From contig JBPOFY010000002.1 of assembly GCA_051252375.1 (NCBI GenBank), forward strand, positions 562,189 to 626,188: a DNA stretch of 64,000 nucleotides, read 5' to 3'. The notes under the pieces are model-generated. The model was not told the DNA's origin and searched no databases. It saw nothing but the letters and a program-made list of their open reading frames with translations. Each line of letters opens with the position of its first letter. Position 1 is the first letter of the stretch. The position numbers and the translations under genes were made by a program. The DNA comes from Opitutaceae bacterium (GTDB taxonomy: Bacteria; Verrucomicrobiota; Verrucomicrobiia; Opitutales; Coraliomargaritaceae). Positions 10,020-19,603 of the stretch are shown here, piece after piece.

Positions 10020-11684
10020 ATGATTTCTTGGATCCAAAATCACCTCATCCGCCACGGTCGCTGGATATTCCTTTCACTGCTTGCGCTTATCATCGTAGCC
10101 TTCGTCTTCACGATCGGCAATACGCCTGGTTGCACAACCGATAATAGTTCCTATGAAGAGCAATACTTCTATGGCATCGACATGAATGCTCCACGCGAGC
10201 GCGACGTCATCGTCGAGAAAGTGCAGCTCAGCGTTTACTTCAATAGCCAGCAAATCCGCTCGGATCAGCAGTTCCAATCACAGGTGATCAACCGTATCGC
10301 CAAGTTGCACCTCGCAGACGAGATCGGCATCCCTAGCCCGAATGAAGCGGCGCTTGCTGAATACATCAAGACCAAGCCCGCCTTCCGCGGCCAAGATGGT
10401 CAATTCAGCGCTGATAGCTACACCTCCTTTATCGACACGGTCGAATCAAACCCTCGCATGCAAGTGGGTCTGGTCGCAATCGTCCTCGAAGAAGACTATC
10501 GTATCGATCAGATCACCAGCGCCCTCACTGGTCCAGGTTACGTCCTTCCTTCCGAGGCAAAGGCACAAACACAAAGCTCACAAACAACGCTAACACTGAC
10601 CACAGCTGAAATCGCCTACAAGGATTTCGCTCCTGAAATCGCTCCTGACGAAGCGACACTTAAGTCTTTCTTCGAGAACAATGCTGCTCGCTACGAAATC
10701 CCTGAGCGTATCAAAGCAAGTTACGCATTCTTCCCTGCGAAGAAATACAGCGATCAAGTGACCGAGCTTGCAGATGCCGCCCTTCGCGACCACTTCATCG
10801 CCAACCGTGCAAAATTCGTCGATGCCTTCACCGCTCTCCAGCCAACACCAGCTGAAGGTGAAGAAGCCCCTGCTGTTACATTTGAAGACGTCCGTCCTTC
10901 TGTCGAAGCCAGCCTCAAAGCAGAGAGCGCTGAGCGCCTCGCAAACGAAGCCGCACAAGCTTTTGCTTACAAGCTCTACCGCGACGAAATCGCACATAAG
11001 TCCGCTGCTTTCAACAAGCTAGTCAACGAATCCGGTCTCAGCCTCACTGCGATCGAGCCCTACTCTGCACAAGGTGCCTCGCAACGTGCACTCTCTGCTG
11101 AGATGCTGCAGTCTGCTTTCGCACTGGGTGGCAATCGCTACTTCTCAGATGCTTACGCGATCGACGGCGGATTTGCTGTCCTCATCTATGAAGGCCGCAT
11201 CGCTCCCGAGCTGCCTGCTTTCGAAACCGTGCAAGCTGAAGTGCTCGCCAACTACCAAAGCGAAGAAAAGCGCGCGCTCTTCAACAAAAAGGGTGAAAGC
11301 CTTAAAGCCGAACTCGAAGCAAAACTCGCTGAAGGCACTAGTTTCGCAGATGCCGCAGCAGCACTTGATCTCGGCGTAAACAGCTATGAAGCCTTCAAGG
11401 TTGCCGATGCTCCACGCGAGCTCAACCGCACAGCGCTACAAACCGCACAAGGTATGAACGCCGGCGAAGTCTCTGCGATGTTCACTGCCAGCGATATCGG
11501 CACTTTCGTTTATTTAGAGAATAAGGAAGTTCCCGAAATTGCCGAAGATGACGAAGATATGACACAGGCATTAAGCTTCCTCGCCTATATGTCCTCATCA
11601 GTCAGCAACAGCAGCACTGTCAACGAGCTAGTCGCACGTGGTCTTCCCGAAACGGAAGAAGAAACCACTGCAGAAGTTGAATAA
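10020..11684 (+). CDS. PpiD/SurA-family periplasmic chaperone
   Basis: N-terminal TM anchor, AFRGQDGQFSADSY, YEIPERIKASY, repeated 'FEDVR/FETVQAEV' motifs typical of PpiD. Confidence 0.75.
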   Translation: MISWIQNHLIRHGRWIFLSLLALIIVAFVFTIGNTPGCTTDNSSYEEQYFYGIDMNAPRERDVIVEKVQLSVYFNSQQIRSDQQFQSQVINRIAKLHLADEIGIPSPNEAALAEYIKTKPAFRGQDGQFSADSYTSFIDTVESNPRMQVGLVAIVLEEDYRIDQITSALTGPGYVLPSEAKAQTQSSQTTLTLTTAEIAYKDFAPEIAPDEATLKSFFENNAARYEIPERIKASYAFFPAKKYSDQVTELADAALRDHFIANRAKFVDAFTALQPTPAEGEEAPAVTFEDVRPSVEASLKAESAERLANEAAQAFAYKLYRDEIAHKSAAFNKLVNESGLSLTAIEPYSAQGASQRALSAEMLQSAFALGGNRYFSDAYAIDGGFAVLIYEGRIAPELPAFETVQAEVLANYQSEEKRALFNKKGESLKAELEAKLAEGTSFADAAAALDLGVNSYEAFKVADAPRELNRTALQTAQGMNAGEVSAMFTASDIGTFVYLENKEVPEIAEDDEDMTQALSFLAYMSSSVSNSSTVNELVARGLPETEEETTAEVE

Positions 11685-11767
11685 TCCCGTTCGAGCGAAG
11701 TAACTGAAAAAAAGTTAAAAGTTCTGCTTGATCTCATGCAGTAGCTTTGTCTTTATCCCGCACTTCC

Positions 11768-11850
<83 letters not shown>

Positions 11851-11858
11851 TTTTTTTT

Positions 11859-11895
11859 AAACCGTTTCCCCAAAAAGGAAGCGGTTTTCTTTTTT
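11859..11895 (+). terminator. Rho-independent terminator after tRNA-Arg
   Basis: AAACCGTTTCC/GGAAGCGGTTT stem followed by TCTTTTTT. Confidence 0.7.
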
Positions 11896-11901
11896 CCGAT
11901 C

Positions 11902-13389
11902 ATGAATAGTTCTAAATATTTCCAAGAATGGTTTTCGAACCCGCGCCGCGATATCATCGCCGGCACGGTCGTCGCCCTCGCATTGATCCCTGAGGCCATC
12001 GCCTTCTCCATCATTGCCGGTGTCGACCCGAAGGTCGGGCTATATGCCTCGTTCTGTATCGCCGTGGTGATTGCATTCGTTGGTGGCCGTGCAGGGATGA
12101 TCTCCGCCGCCACCGGTGCGATGGCAGTTCTGCTGGTCGCCTTGGTCCGTGATCATGGTCTGGAGTATTTACTACCCGTCACGATTTTGACCGGTATTCT
12201 CCAAATCATAGCCGGTGCGCTTAAGCTGGGTAATTTGATGCGTTTTGTTTCACGATCCGTCGTCACCGGTTTCGTCAACGCGCTTGCGATTATTATCTTT
12301 ATGGCGCAGTTGCCTCAATTCCATGACCAAGGGCTACTCATGTATGGCATGGTCGCCGCGGGTCTCGGCATCATTTACGGTCTGCCACTGCTCACCAAGG
12401 CAGTTCCCTCGCCTCTCGTTTGTATCGTTGTTCTAACTGGCGTGTCCATGTCGATGGGTCTCGATGCCACCCTGAACACCGTGGGCGACATGGGCGACTT
12501 ACCCTCCACACTGCCCATTTTCCTACTACCCGATGTGCCACTCAATTTTGAGACACTGAGCATCATTTTTCCTTATGCCATCTCACTGGCGATTGTCGGT
12601 TTATTGGAATCTTTGATGACTTCTACCATCGTCGACGACTTCACCGACACCACCAGTAACAAAAACCAAGAGTGCGCCGGCCAAGGTTTTGCTAATATCG
12701 TTTCCGGTTTCTTCGGCGGTATGGCTGGTTGCGCGATGATCGGACAATCCGTGATCAATGTGCAGTCCGGCGGTCGCGGACGATTGTCCACTTTTGCGGC
12801 GGGCATCATCCTTCTGATTCTGATTGTGGTAATGGGCGATCTCGTGAGCCAGATTCCGATGGCCGCACTGGTTGCCGTGATGATCATGGTTTCGATCGGC
12901 ACTTTCAGTTGGTCGTCGATTAAGAACCTACGCATCCACCACCGCACTTCCAGCGTCGTGATGCTAGCGACCGTGCTCACGACTGTCTTCACCCACAACT
13001 TGGCCTATGGTGTGGGAGCCGGTGTGCTACTCAGCGCTCTGTTCTTTGCCTACAAAGTATCCGGTCAGCTCAATATCGCATCTACCCTCGAAGTCTCCAA
13101 GAAGGAGCGCACTTACACCATACGTGGGCAGCTCTTCTTCGTCTCTGCCAGCAGCTTTGCCGATGCCTTCGACTTCCGCGAAGTCTTGGAAAAAATCACC
13201 ATCGATGTCTCCGAAGCTCACTTCTGGGATCTATCTTCGATCAATGCTCTCGACCGTGTTGTCTTGAAGTTTCGCCGTGAAGGCACTGAAGTAGAACTCA
13301 CCGGCATGAACCAAGCTAGTAAAACCCTCGTCCTCGAAGTCGCTAAATACGATAAGCCCGGCGCCTTGGACGACATGGGCGGACACTAA
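11902..13389 (+). CDS. SulP family anion transporter with STAS domain
   Basis: [34 protein letters not shown]-terminal GQLFF STAS; start at ATG 11902 because the longer ORF begins inside the tRNA. Confidence 0.92.
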   Translation: MNSSKYFQEWFSNPRRDIIAGTVVALALIPEAIAFSIIAGVDPKVGLYASFCIAVVIAFVGGRAGMISAATGAMAVLLVALVRDHGLEYLLPVTILTGILQIIAGALKLGNLMRFVSRSVVTGFVNALAIIIFMAQLPQFHDQGLLMYGMVAAGLGIIYGLPLLTKAVPSPLVCIVVLTGVSMSMGLDATLNTVGDMGDLPSTLPIFLLPDVPLNFETLSIIFPYAISLAIVGLLESLMTSTIVDDFTDTTSNKNQECAGQGFANIVSGFFGGMAGCAMIGQSVINVQSGGRGRLSTFAAGIILLILIVVMGDLVSQIPMAALVAVMIMVSIGTFSWSSIKNLRIHHRTSSVVMLATVLTTVFTHNLAYGVGAGVLLSALFFAYKVSGQLNIASTLEVSKKERTYTIRGQLFFVSASSFADAFDFREVLEKITIDVSEAHFWDLSSINALDRVVLKFRREGTEVELTGMNQASKTLVLEVAKYDKPGALDDMGGH

Positions 13390-13403
13390 GCATTTTAAAG
13401 CAC

Positions 13404-13445
13404 CTCGAACCCCAAATCTCGAATCACGCACCCCGAATCACGCAT
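13404..13445. repeat. Degenerate heptamer tandem repeat
   Basis: ctcgaac cccaaat ctcgaat cacgcac cccgaat cacgcat. Confidence 0.7.
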
Positions 13446-13448
13446 CTC

Positions 13449-14300
13449 ATGAATATCCTAGCTTGCACAGACGGTTCACTTTACTCGACCAGCATTTACG
13501 AACACGCCGCTTGGGCAGCCAAGCAGTTGGACGCCTCCGTTCACGTGCTCCACATGCTCAACCCACACCATGAAGATCCTGTCAAGGCGGACTACAGCGG
13601 CAAAATGGGCTTCGGTGCCCGCACCGCGCTCCTTAACGAGCTAGTCGAACTCGAAGCCGCCAAGGCCAAGGTCGCCCAAAAGCGTGGACAAGCGATCTTA
13701 GAAGATGCTGAAGCCAAACTAAAAGAAGCTGGCGTCGACAATATCGAAGCGGACCAAAAGCACGGCAAATTGAGTGACGAAATCACACAATACGAACGCG
13801 ACGCCGATCTAGTCGTCATCGGTAAACGTGGCAATAACGCCGACTTTGAAAAAGGCCACCTCGGTAGCAATCTTGAGCGCGTCATTCGCAGTTGCGAACA
13901 CCCGGTGCTGGTTGCTTCTCGTGCTTTCGCCCCTCTCAACAATTTCGTCCTAGCCTTCGACGGAGGTTCCAGCGCTAAAAAGGCTGTCGAATACGTCGCC
14001 ACGAGCCCACTGCTCAAAGGCATGCATTGCTACTTGCTCTATGTCGGCTCTGGTAACGCGAAAATAGAAGCCGCTCTCGCAGAAGCCGAAAGCACACTCA
14101 AAGCAGCTGGCTACGAGGTCACCATCGAACACCGCGATGGCGAACCAGCAAAGGTCATTGGCGACGTCGTTGCCGCGGACCACATCGATCTCCTCGTCAT
14201 GGGCGCTTACGGTCACTCTCATATTCGCCGCCTCATCGTCGGCAGCACTACCACTGAGATGATCGCCACGGTTAAAATCCCCGTGCTTCTTTTCCGCTAA
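13449..14300 (+). CDS. Universal stress protein (tandem USP domains)
   Basis: ILACTDGS, DLVVIGKRG...LGSNLERV, DLLVMGAYGHS..R..IVGSTT. Confidence 0.92.
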   Translation: MNILACTDGSLYSTSIYEHAAWAAKQLDASVHVLHMLNPHHEDPVKADYSGKMGFGARTALLNELVELEAAKAKVAQKRGQAILEDAEAKLKEAGVDNIEADQKHGKLSDEITQYERDADLVVIGKRGNNADFEKGHLGSNLERVIRSCEHPVLVASRAFAPLNNFVLAFDGGSSAKKAVEYVATSPLLKGMHCYLLYVGSGNAKIEAALAEAESTLKAAGYEVTIEHRDGEPAKVIGDVVAADHIDLLVMGAYGHSHIRRLIVGSTTTEMIATVKIPVLLFR

Positions 14301-14443
14301 AGTCTTAATCCTACTCATACTCTTAATCTTAATCGGCTGAACGCATACAAAAGGATTACGATTAAGAGTAAGACAGGCCGCAGTTAACCGATCAAGATTA
14401 CCGTATTGCGCTCCCGCGTATCCTGCATTTCTCTACTCCGCAA

Positions 14444-15493
14444 ATGAGTATAGAAAGCAAAGTATTCGGCACACTCCCCTCTGGTGAGGCAGTCAACCTC
14501 TACACCCTGCGTAACAGTAACGGTCTGAGTGCATCTGTAACCAATTACGGCGGCATCATCGTTTCGCTCAACGTGCCCGACCGCGCAGGCAACTTTGCCG
14601 ACATCATGCTGGGCAAAGATAGCCTCGAAGACTACCTCGCCGGCCACCCGCACTTTGCTTGTATCACAGGTCGTGTCGCCGGACGCATAGCTGAAGCGCA
14701 ATTCACCATCGACGGCCAAACCTACCCACTCGCTGCCAACAACGGCACCAACCACTTACACGGCGGCCTCAATGGTTTCGATAAAGTCGCTTGGCAGGCA
14801 GAAATCGTCACTATCGACGGCGTCGAGAAACTCAGTCTTTCCATGACTGACCCCGACGGCAGCAACGGCTTCCCAGGGCAAATCGACTGCACCGTTACCT
14901 ACGCCCTGCTCGAAGACAATAGTCTCGAAATCACCTACACGGCCACCAGCAGCAAGACCACACCCTTCAACATCACCAATCACGCCTATTTCAACTTAGG
15001 TGGTCACGACAGCGGCGATGTATTAGACACTAGCCTACAGATCTTTGCCAACGCCACTGCAGCCGTTGATGGCGATTCCACCCTGATCGGTGCCCGCGCA
15101 CCAGTCATCGCAGGCTACAACGACTATCGTCAGCCCGTCGCGCTCAAAGACCTACCCAAGCTCGAAGTCGGCAATGCAGACATCCACTTCTTCCTCGATG
15201 GCGGACGCACCACCGAGCCCAAACCAGCCGCCATCGCGACCGACTCAAAGTCCGGTCGCAGCATGGAAGTGCTCACCACCGAGCCCGGCGTGCAATTTTA
15301 CGCAGGTCTCTGTCTTTCCGAGGACAGCCCAGAAGTTGGTAAGGGGGGCGCCATCTACGGACCTGTGCACGGCTTCTGCCTCGAAACTCAAGACTACGCC
15401 AACAGCATCAACCACCCCGAAATGGGCGGTGCGATCCTCAATCCTGGCAACACCTTCCAGTCGACTACACTCTTCCGCTTCAGCGTCGTTTAA
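14444..15493 (+). CDS. galM: Aldose 1-epimerase (galactose mutarotase)
   Basis: [30 protein letters not shown] motifs. Confidence 0.92.
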   Translation: MSIESKVFGTLPSGEAVNLYTLRNSNGLSASVTNYGGIIVSLNVPDRAGNFADIMLGKDSLEDYLAGHPHFACITGRVAGRIAEAQFTIDGQTYPLAANNGTNHLHGGLNGFDKVAWQAEIVTIDGVEKLSLSMTDPDGSNGFPGQIDCTVTYALLEDNSLEITYTATSSKTTPFNITNHAYFNLGGHDSGDVLDTSLQIFANATAAVDGDSTLIGARAPVIAGYNDYRQPVALKDLPKLEVGNADIHFFLDGGRTTEPKPAAIATDSKSGRSMEVLTTEPGVQFYAGLCLSEDSPEVGKGGAIYGPVHGFCLETQDYANSINHPEMGGAILNPGNTFQSTTLFRFSVV

Positions 15494-15542
15494 TATCAAA
15501 CTTCGCCCTGAATACGTAGAAAATCACACTTCCAGCACTTAA

Positions 15543-15580
15543 TTCAGTGTTCGATGTTGAATGTTCGATGTTCAACGTTC
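15543..15580. repeat. Heptamer tandem repeat (ttcgatg-like)
   Basis: ttcagtg ttcgatg ttgaatg ttcgatg ttcaacg ttc. Confidence 0.7.
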
Positions 15581-15591
15581 AAGCGTAGCGC

Positions 15592-17490
15592 ATGTCTCTC
15601 CTTTCCTATCGCAATCTAACCGTCTCTTTCGGCGGCCCTAAGCTACTCGACAACGCCGGTCTCACTATCGAGAAGCGCGAGCGCATCTGCTTGATCGGCC
15701 GTAACGGCGAGGGCAAATCCACGCTCCTGCGCATCATCAGCGGGCAAATCACTCCCGACAAAGGCGAGGTCGAAGCCATTCCCAGCATCCGTATCGGTAA
15801 ACTCGATCAGGAAGTTCCCGCCGAGCTCGAAGGCACCGTATTCGAAGTCGTCGCAGAAGGTCTAGGCAACGCCGCCAAAATCGTCGCCGAATACCACCAC
15901 TATCTGCACGAGCTCGCCGAACACCCGGACGACGAATCCATCGCCGATAAAGTTGACGACCTACAACACCGACTCGACCAAACCGACGGCTGGACCATCG
16001 AGCACAAAGTTGAAAACATCCTCGACCGAGTCGAACTCGACGGCGAGCAACTGTTCTCCTCTCTTTCCGGCGGCAATAAACGCCGTGCCCTCCTCGCCCG
16101 CGCCCTCATTGCCGAGCCACATATCTTGCTCCTCGACGAGCCGACCAATCACCTCGACATCCCCGGCATCCGCTGGCTCGAAGAATTCCTACGTAAGACC
16201 GACGTCGCTCTCCTATTTGTTTCCCACGACCGTGCCTTCATCCGCCGCGTCGCCAACCGCATCGTCGACCTTGACCGCGGTCAACTCACCTCGTGGAACT
16301 GCGACTACGAAACTTACCTCCAACGCAAAGCCGACCTCCTAGCCGGCGAAGCGAAGCAAGCCGCCGTCTTCGACAAAAAACTAGCCGAAGAAGAAGTCTG
16401 GATCCGTAAAGGCATCCAAGCCCGCCGCACACGTAACGAAGGTCGTGTCCGCGCACTCTTCAAACTCCGCGAAGAACGCGCCGAGCGCCGCAACGTCCAA
16501 GGCAAGACCAGCCTCAACGTCAACGAAAGCCAACTCTCTGGTCGCAAGGTCATCACCGTCGACAACATCAGCTACGCGTGGGGCGACAACCCGATCATCA
16601 ACAACTTCGAGACCACCATCTGGCGCGGCGATAAGATCGGTATCGTCGGGCTCAACGGCTCCGGTAAAACCACTCTGCTCAACCTGCTCCTCAATAAGTT
16701 GGAGCCCAAAACAGGCAGCGTGACTCACGGCACCAAGCTCGAAGTCGCTTACTTCGACCAACACCGCGCCGCGCTCGACGAGAAACTCAGCGTCGCCGAG
16801 AATGTGCACCCGCACAGCGAGATGGTCACGATCAACGGCAAGCAGCGCCACATCATTACTTACCTACAGGACTTCCTGTTCACCCCACAAAGCGCCCGCG
16901 CACCCATCACAAAACTCTCCGGCGGTGAGCGCGCTCGACTGCTACTCGCCCGACTCTTCCTGCAACCAGCCAACGTCCTCGTGCTCGACGAGCCGACCAA
17001 CGACCTCGACATCGAAACCGTCGAGCTACTCGAAGAACGCCTCCTCGAATACCAAGGCACCCTATTACTGGTCAGTCACGACCGTAGCTTCCTCGATAAC
17101 GTCGTCACCAGCACCATCGCCCTCGAAGGCGACGGCGAGATCAACGAATACATCGGTGGTTGCGACGAATGGCTCAAAAAAGAAGAAACCCGCAAGGCCA
17201 ATGTCGCTGCCGCCAAGAAAGCACCCGCCAAAGCTGCGGCTGCACCGACTGAGCCAGCCAAACCGGAACGCAAGCTCACCAACAAAGAGCGCGAAGCCCT
17301 CAAGACTTTACCAAAGACAATTGAAAAACTCGAAGCCGAGCACACCACCCTCAGCAAAAAGATGGCCAGCTCCGAGTATTATCAAGACCCCAACAGTAAG
17401 CTCACCGAAGACGCCGCCAGACTCGAACAACTCGAAGCCGAGACCCTCACCGCCTATGAGCAATGGGAAGCACTCACCGCGGATAGCTAG
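15592..17490 (+). CDS. uup: ABC-F ATPase, Uup family
   Basis: Two ABC domains ([19 protein letters not shown] twice), linker [24 protein letters not shown]-terminal coiled coil. Confidence 0.92.
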   Translation: MSLLSYRNLTVSFGGPKLLDNAGLTIEKRERICLIGRNGEGKSTLLRIISGQITPDKGEVEAIPSIRIGKLDQEVPAELEGTVFEVVAEGLGNAAKIVAEYHHYLHELAEHPDDESIADKVDDLQHRLDQTDGWTIEHKVENILDRVELDGEQLFSSLSGGNKRRALLARALIAEPHILLLDEPTNHLDIPGIRWLEEFLRKTDVALLFVSHDRAFIRRVANRIVDLDRGQLTSWNCDYETYLQRKADLLAGEAKQAAVFDKKLAEEEVWIRKGIQARRTRNEGRVRALFKLREERAERRNVQGKTSLNVNESQLSGRKVITVDNISYAWGDNPIINNFETTIWRGDKIGIVGLNGSGKTTLLNLLLNKLEPKTGSVTHGTKLEVAYFDQHRAALDEKLSVAENVHPHSEMVTINGKQRHIITYLQDFLFTPQSARAPITKLSGGERARLLLARLFLQPANVLVLDEPTNDLDIETVELLEERLLEYQGTLLLVSHDRSFLDNVVTSTIALEGDGEINEYIGGCDEWLKKEETRKANVAAAKKAPAKAAAAPTEPAKPERKLTNKEREALKTLPKTIEKLEAEHTTLSKKMASSEYYQDPNSKLTEDAARLEQLEAETLTAYEQWEALTADS

Positions 17491-17525
17491 CGCCATCGTG
17501 TGACTTCAATTAGTAGAAATAATTT

Positions 17526-17778
17526 GGTAGGGACGCATGCCCTCATGCGTCCACAGTATTGGGCAAAGAGCTGCATTACGCTGACGAGGTGGGGTGCGCT
17601 CGCCGAGACGGCCGTTCGTCAAGACGCAGAAAATCCGGTCTATCAAATTTGGGCTTCGTTTCCTGCACGCATCACGAACGGTGCGCTCGGCGAGCGCACC
17701 CTACCCACTAATACCATTCACGCATTAATATAAAAACCTCCACTCTAGGCCAGTTCGGACGTGTAAAACACGTTCCTC
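17526..17778. repeat. Cluster of REP-like palindromes
   Basis: ggtagggacgcatgccctcatgcgtcc; ggtggggtgcgctcgccgag...cggtgcgctcggcgagcgcaccctacc; ggacgtgtaaaacacgttcctcc. Confidence 0.75.
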
Positions 17779-17815
17779 CACAAGGATTGCCTCGTAATCG
17801 ATACCCAGAATACGC

Positions 17816-17859
17816 TTGAGAATTCTTACTTCTTAACGCATTGTAATTAGATGATTACA
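17816..17859 (+). promoter_or_regulatory. Putative TA promoter/operator
   Basis: TTGAGA-17 nt-CATTGT ending 6 nt before the ATG; inverted repeat TGTAAT-N6-ATTACA spanning the start codon. Confidence 0.5.
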
Positions 17860-18111
17860 TCCAAAGTCACAAAGCGCGGCCAAACAACACTTCCAAGGCA
17901 AATCAGAAATGCCTTACACGTAGAAGCAGGTCAAAGTCTTGTTTACGAAGTTACCAAGGATGGAGTCATCATCCGTGCCCACCCAGGTGCGATGGCTTCT
18001 TTCGGCACGCTGAAAACCAAGAAATCAAATACGGTAGACTACGATCAGGCGCGTAAAGCCGCACGAGAAGACTGGGTTGAGCACGTGGCAGAGGAAGGTA
18101 ACCAAGTATGA
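17851..18111 (+). CDS. AbrB/MazE/SpoVT-family antitoxin (VapB-like)
   Basis: SKVTKRGQTTLPRQIRNAL...GQSLVY AbrB fold; ATGA overlap with the downstream PIN gene. Confidence 0.9.
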   Translation: MITSKVTKRGQTTLPRQIRNALHVEAGQSLVYEVTKDGVIIRAHPGAMASFGTLKTKKSNTVDYDQARKAAREDWVEHVAEEGNQV

Positions 18112-18515
18112 AGAGCTACCTAATTGATACTAATATTATTCTTCGCTTTCTAACAGGTGAACCCGAGACTCAGGCCGCACAAACCAAACAACTTATAGAG
18201 CATTGCGAAGCGGGAGTGCTCTCGCTCCGCATACTGCCACTGGTCGTCGCCGAAGTCGTTTTTGTTCTATCTGGCAAATTTTATGCGCTCAAACGCGCCG
18301 CTATCGCCACAGCACTCATCCAGTTCCTTCAAACACCCAGTTTTGATGTAGAGGACCGAGATACCCTCTTGCTAGCCCTGCAATTATTCAGTCAGCACAA
18401 CATCGATTACGCCGATGCTTACCTCGCAGCCGAATCAACCATCACTGGAAGTGGTGTCGCCAGTTTCGATCAAGACTTCAAAAAGATACCTAGCTTAGAC
18501 TTATACTCGCTCTAA
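18108..18515 (+). CDS. vapC: PIN-domain toxin (VapC family)
   Basis: LIDTNIILRFL, VVAEVVFVL, IDYADAYL, SFDQDF conserved acidic residues. Confidence 0.9.
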   Translation: MKSYLIDTNIILRFLTGEPETQAAQTKQLIEHCEAGVLSLRILPLVVAEVVFVLSGKFYALKRAAIATALIQFLQTPSFDVEDRDTLLLALQLFSQHNIDYADAYLAAESTITGSGVASFDQDFKKIPSLDLYSL

Positions 18516-19379
18516 ATGTCACATCGATCAAAGCGCTGGATGAAAGTAATCTGTAGTGTCAGTATTCTAATGCTGACGTTTTGCCTTCATTCAGAAGCCA
18601 GAGTTCGAGAATTTGCCTACAAATCAAAGACTGCAGCAGATCTAAGGAGCGTGTGTGTTTCATTCGCCACACGTTATTACAGCAATCCAAACACGCAATA
18701 CGATCCAGCTCAACACCAAGACATGGAGGGCTTCCTCAAAGACATTGCGAAAGTAGAATTTATTAACTCCGAGGCCCTATTCAACTACGCGGATGAAGCA
18801 CATTTTGAATCCAAGCCTCCAAAGTTGACTGGTAAGCTAAAAATCAAAAACGACTGGCGCACCTTTGAATTAGATCCTGAGGTTCTGAACTTCCCGATCG
18901 GCTTTAATGTCGCGGTATATCCAAATCTCGATTTCCCAACATCAGAAACTCCGATTTTATGGACTAGAGGACTCCATCGTTATAATGAATTCGAAGCTCC
19001 TTATGGTGGCCATGTTGCTTATTTAGATGGGCATGTTCAATTTTACTCCGGTGGTCCAGACGGGCCTGAGCCAGAGTTAGAGGAGGTTTTCGGACCAGAC
19101 AGCAATTACTCGCAAGCGCTACACATCCTTGAGCACGTGCCGGACACATGGAAGCAACTCGCTTTACCGCCACTGCCAGTGAGAGTTGAAACATATCGAC
19201 CTGTCATCAGTAAATGGAAGCAATACTCAGAGGTATTAAAATACCTTAGCCCTTCATTCATCATCGGCCTGATATTTGCCGCGGCTCCCAATCGAACAGT
19301 TGCTCAACGATTTTTACGCTTTTTCATAGCGGGTGGTATAGCATTCATTGTCACCCTAGTTTTGTTACCTGCGTATTAG
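18516..19379 (+). CDS. Hypothetical protein with pseudopilin-associated H-X9-DG-like motif and C-terminal TM helices
   Basis: VREFAYKSKTAADLRSV helix, TPILWTRGL, GGHVAYLDGHVQF; two hydrophobic C-terminal helices. Confidence 0.6.
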   Translation: MSHRSKRWMKVICSVSILMLTFCLHSEARVREFAYKSKTAADLRSVCVSFATRYYSNPNTQYDPAQHQDMEGFLKDIAKVEFINSEALFNYADEAHFESKPPKLTGKLKIKNDWRTFELDPEVLNFPIGFNVAVYPNLDFPTSETPILWTRGLHRYNEFEAPYGGHVAYLDGHVQFYSGGPDGPEPELEEVFGPDSNYSQALHILEHVPDTWKQLALPPLPVRVETYRPVISKWKQYSEVLKYLSPSFIIGLIFAAAPNRTVAQRFLRFFIAGGIAFIVTLVLLPAY

Positions 19380-19491
19380 ACTGCTCCGGACGTGTGAAAC
19401 ACGTCCCCCATCGGGATGACTGCCTGCTTCGATCAAGTTCGATTTCCGAATGGTTCGATCCGGCAACCACATTAAGAATTTGGTTGAACCC

Positions 19492-19589
19492 GTAGGGGCT
19501 TTGCTTGCGAAGACCGCGACGACTCTGCCCTCCATCGTATCTTCCTCACCTAGAACTCCATTCGCGGGCTTCGTAAGCAAAGCCCCGAC
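19492..19589. repeat. GTAG-type REP dyad
   Basis: gtaggggctttgcttgcgaagaccgcg ... cgcgggcttcgtaagcaaagccccgac, between convergent genes. Confidence 0.75.
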
Positions 19590-19603
19590 ATCGTGCATCA
19601 GCT

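Noticed and set aside
17500..17733. 77-aa ORF
   Set aside because: It is composed of REP palindromes and has no recognisable protein features.
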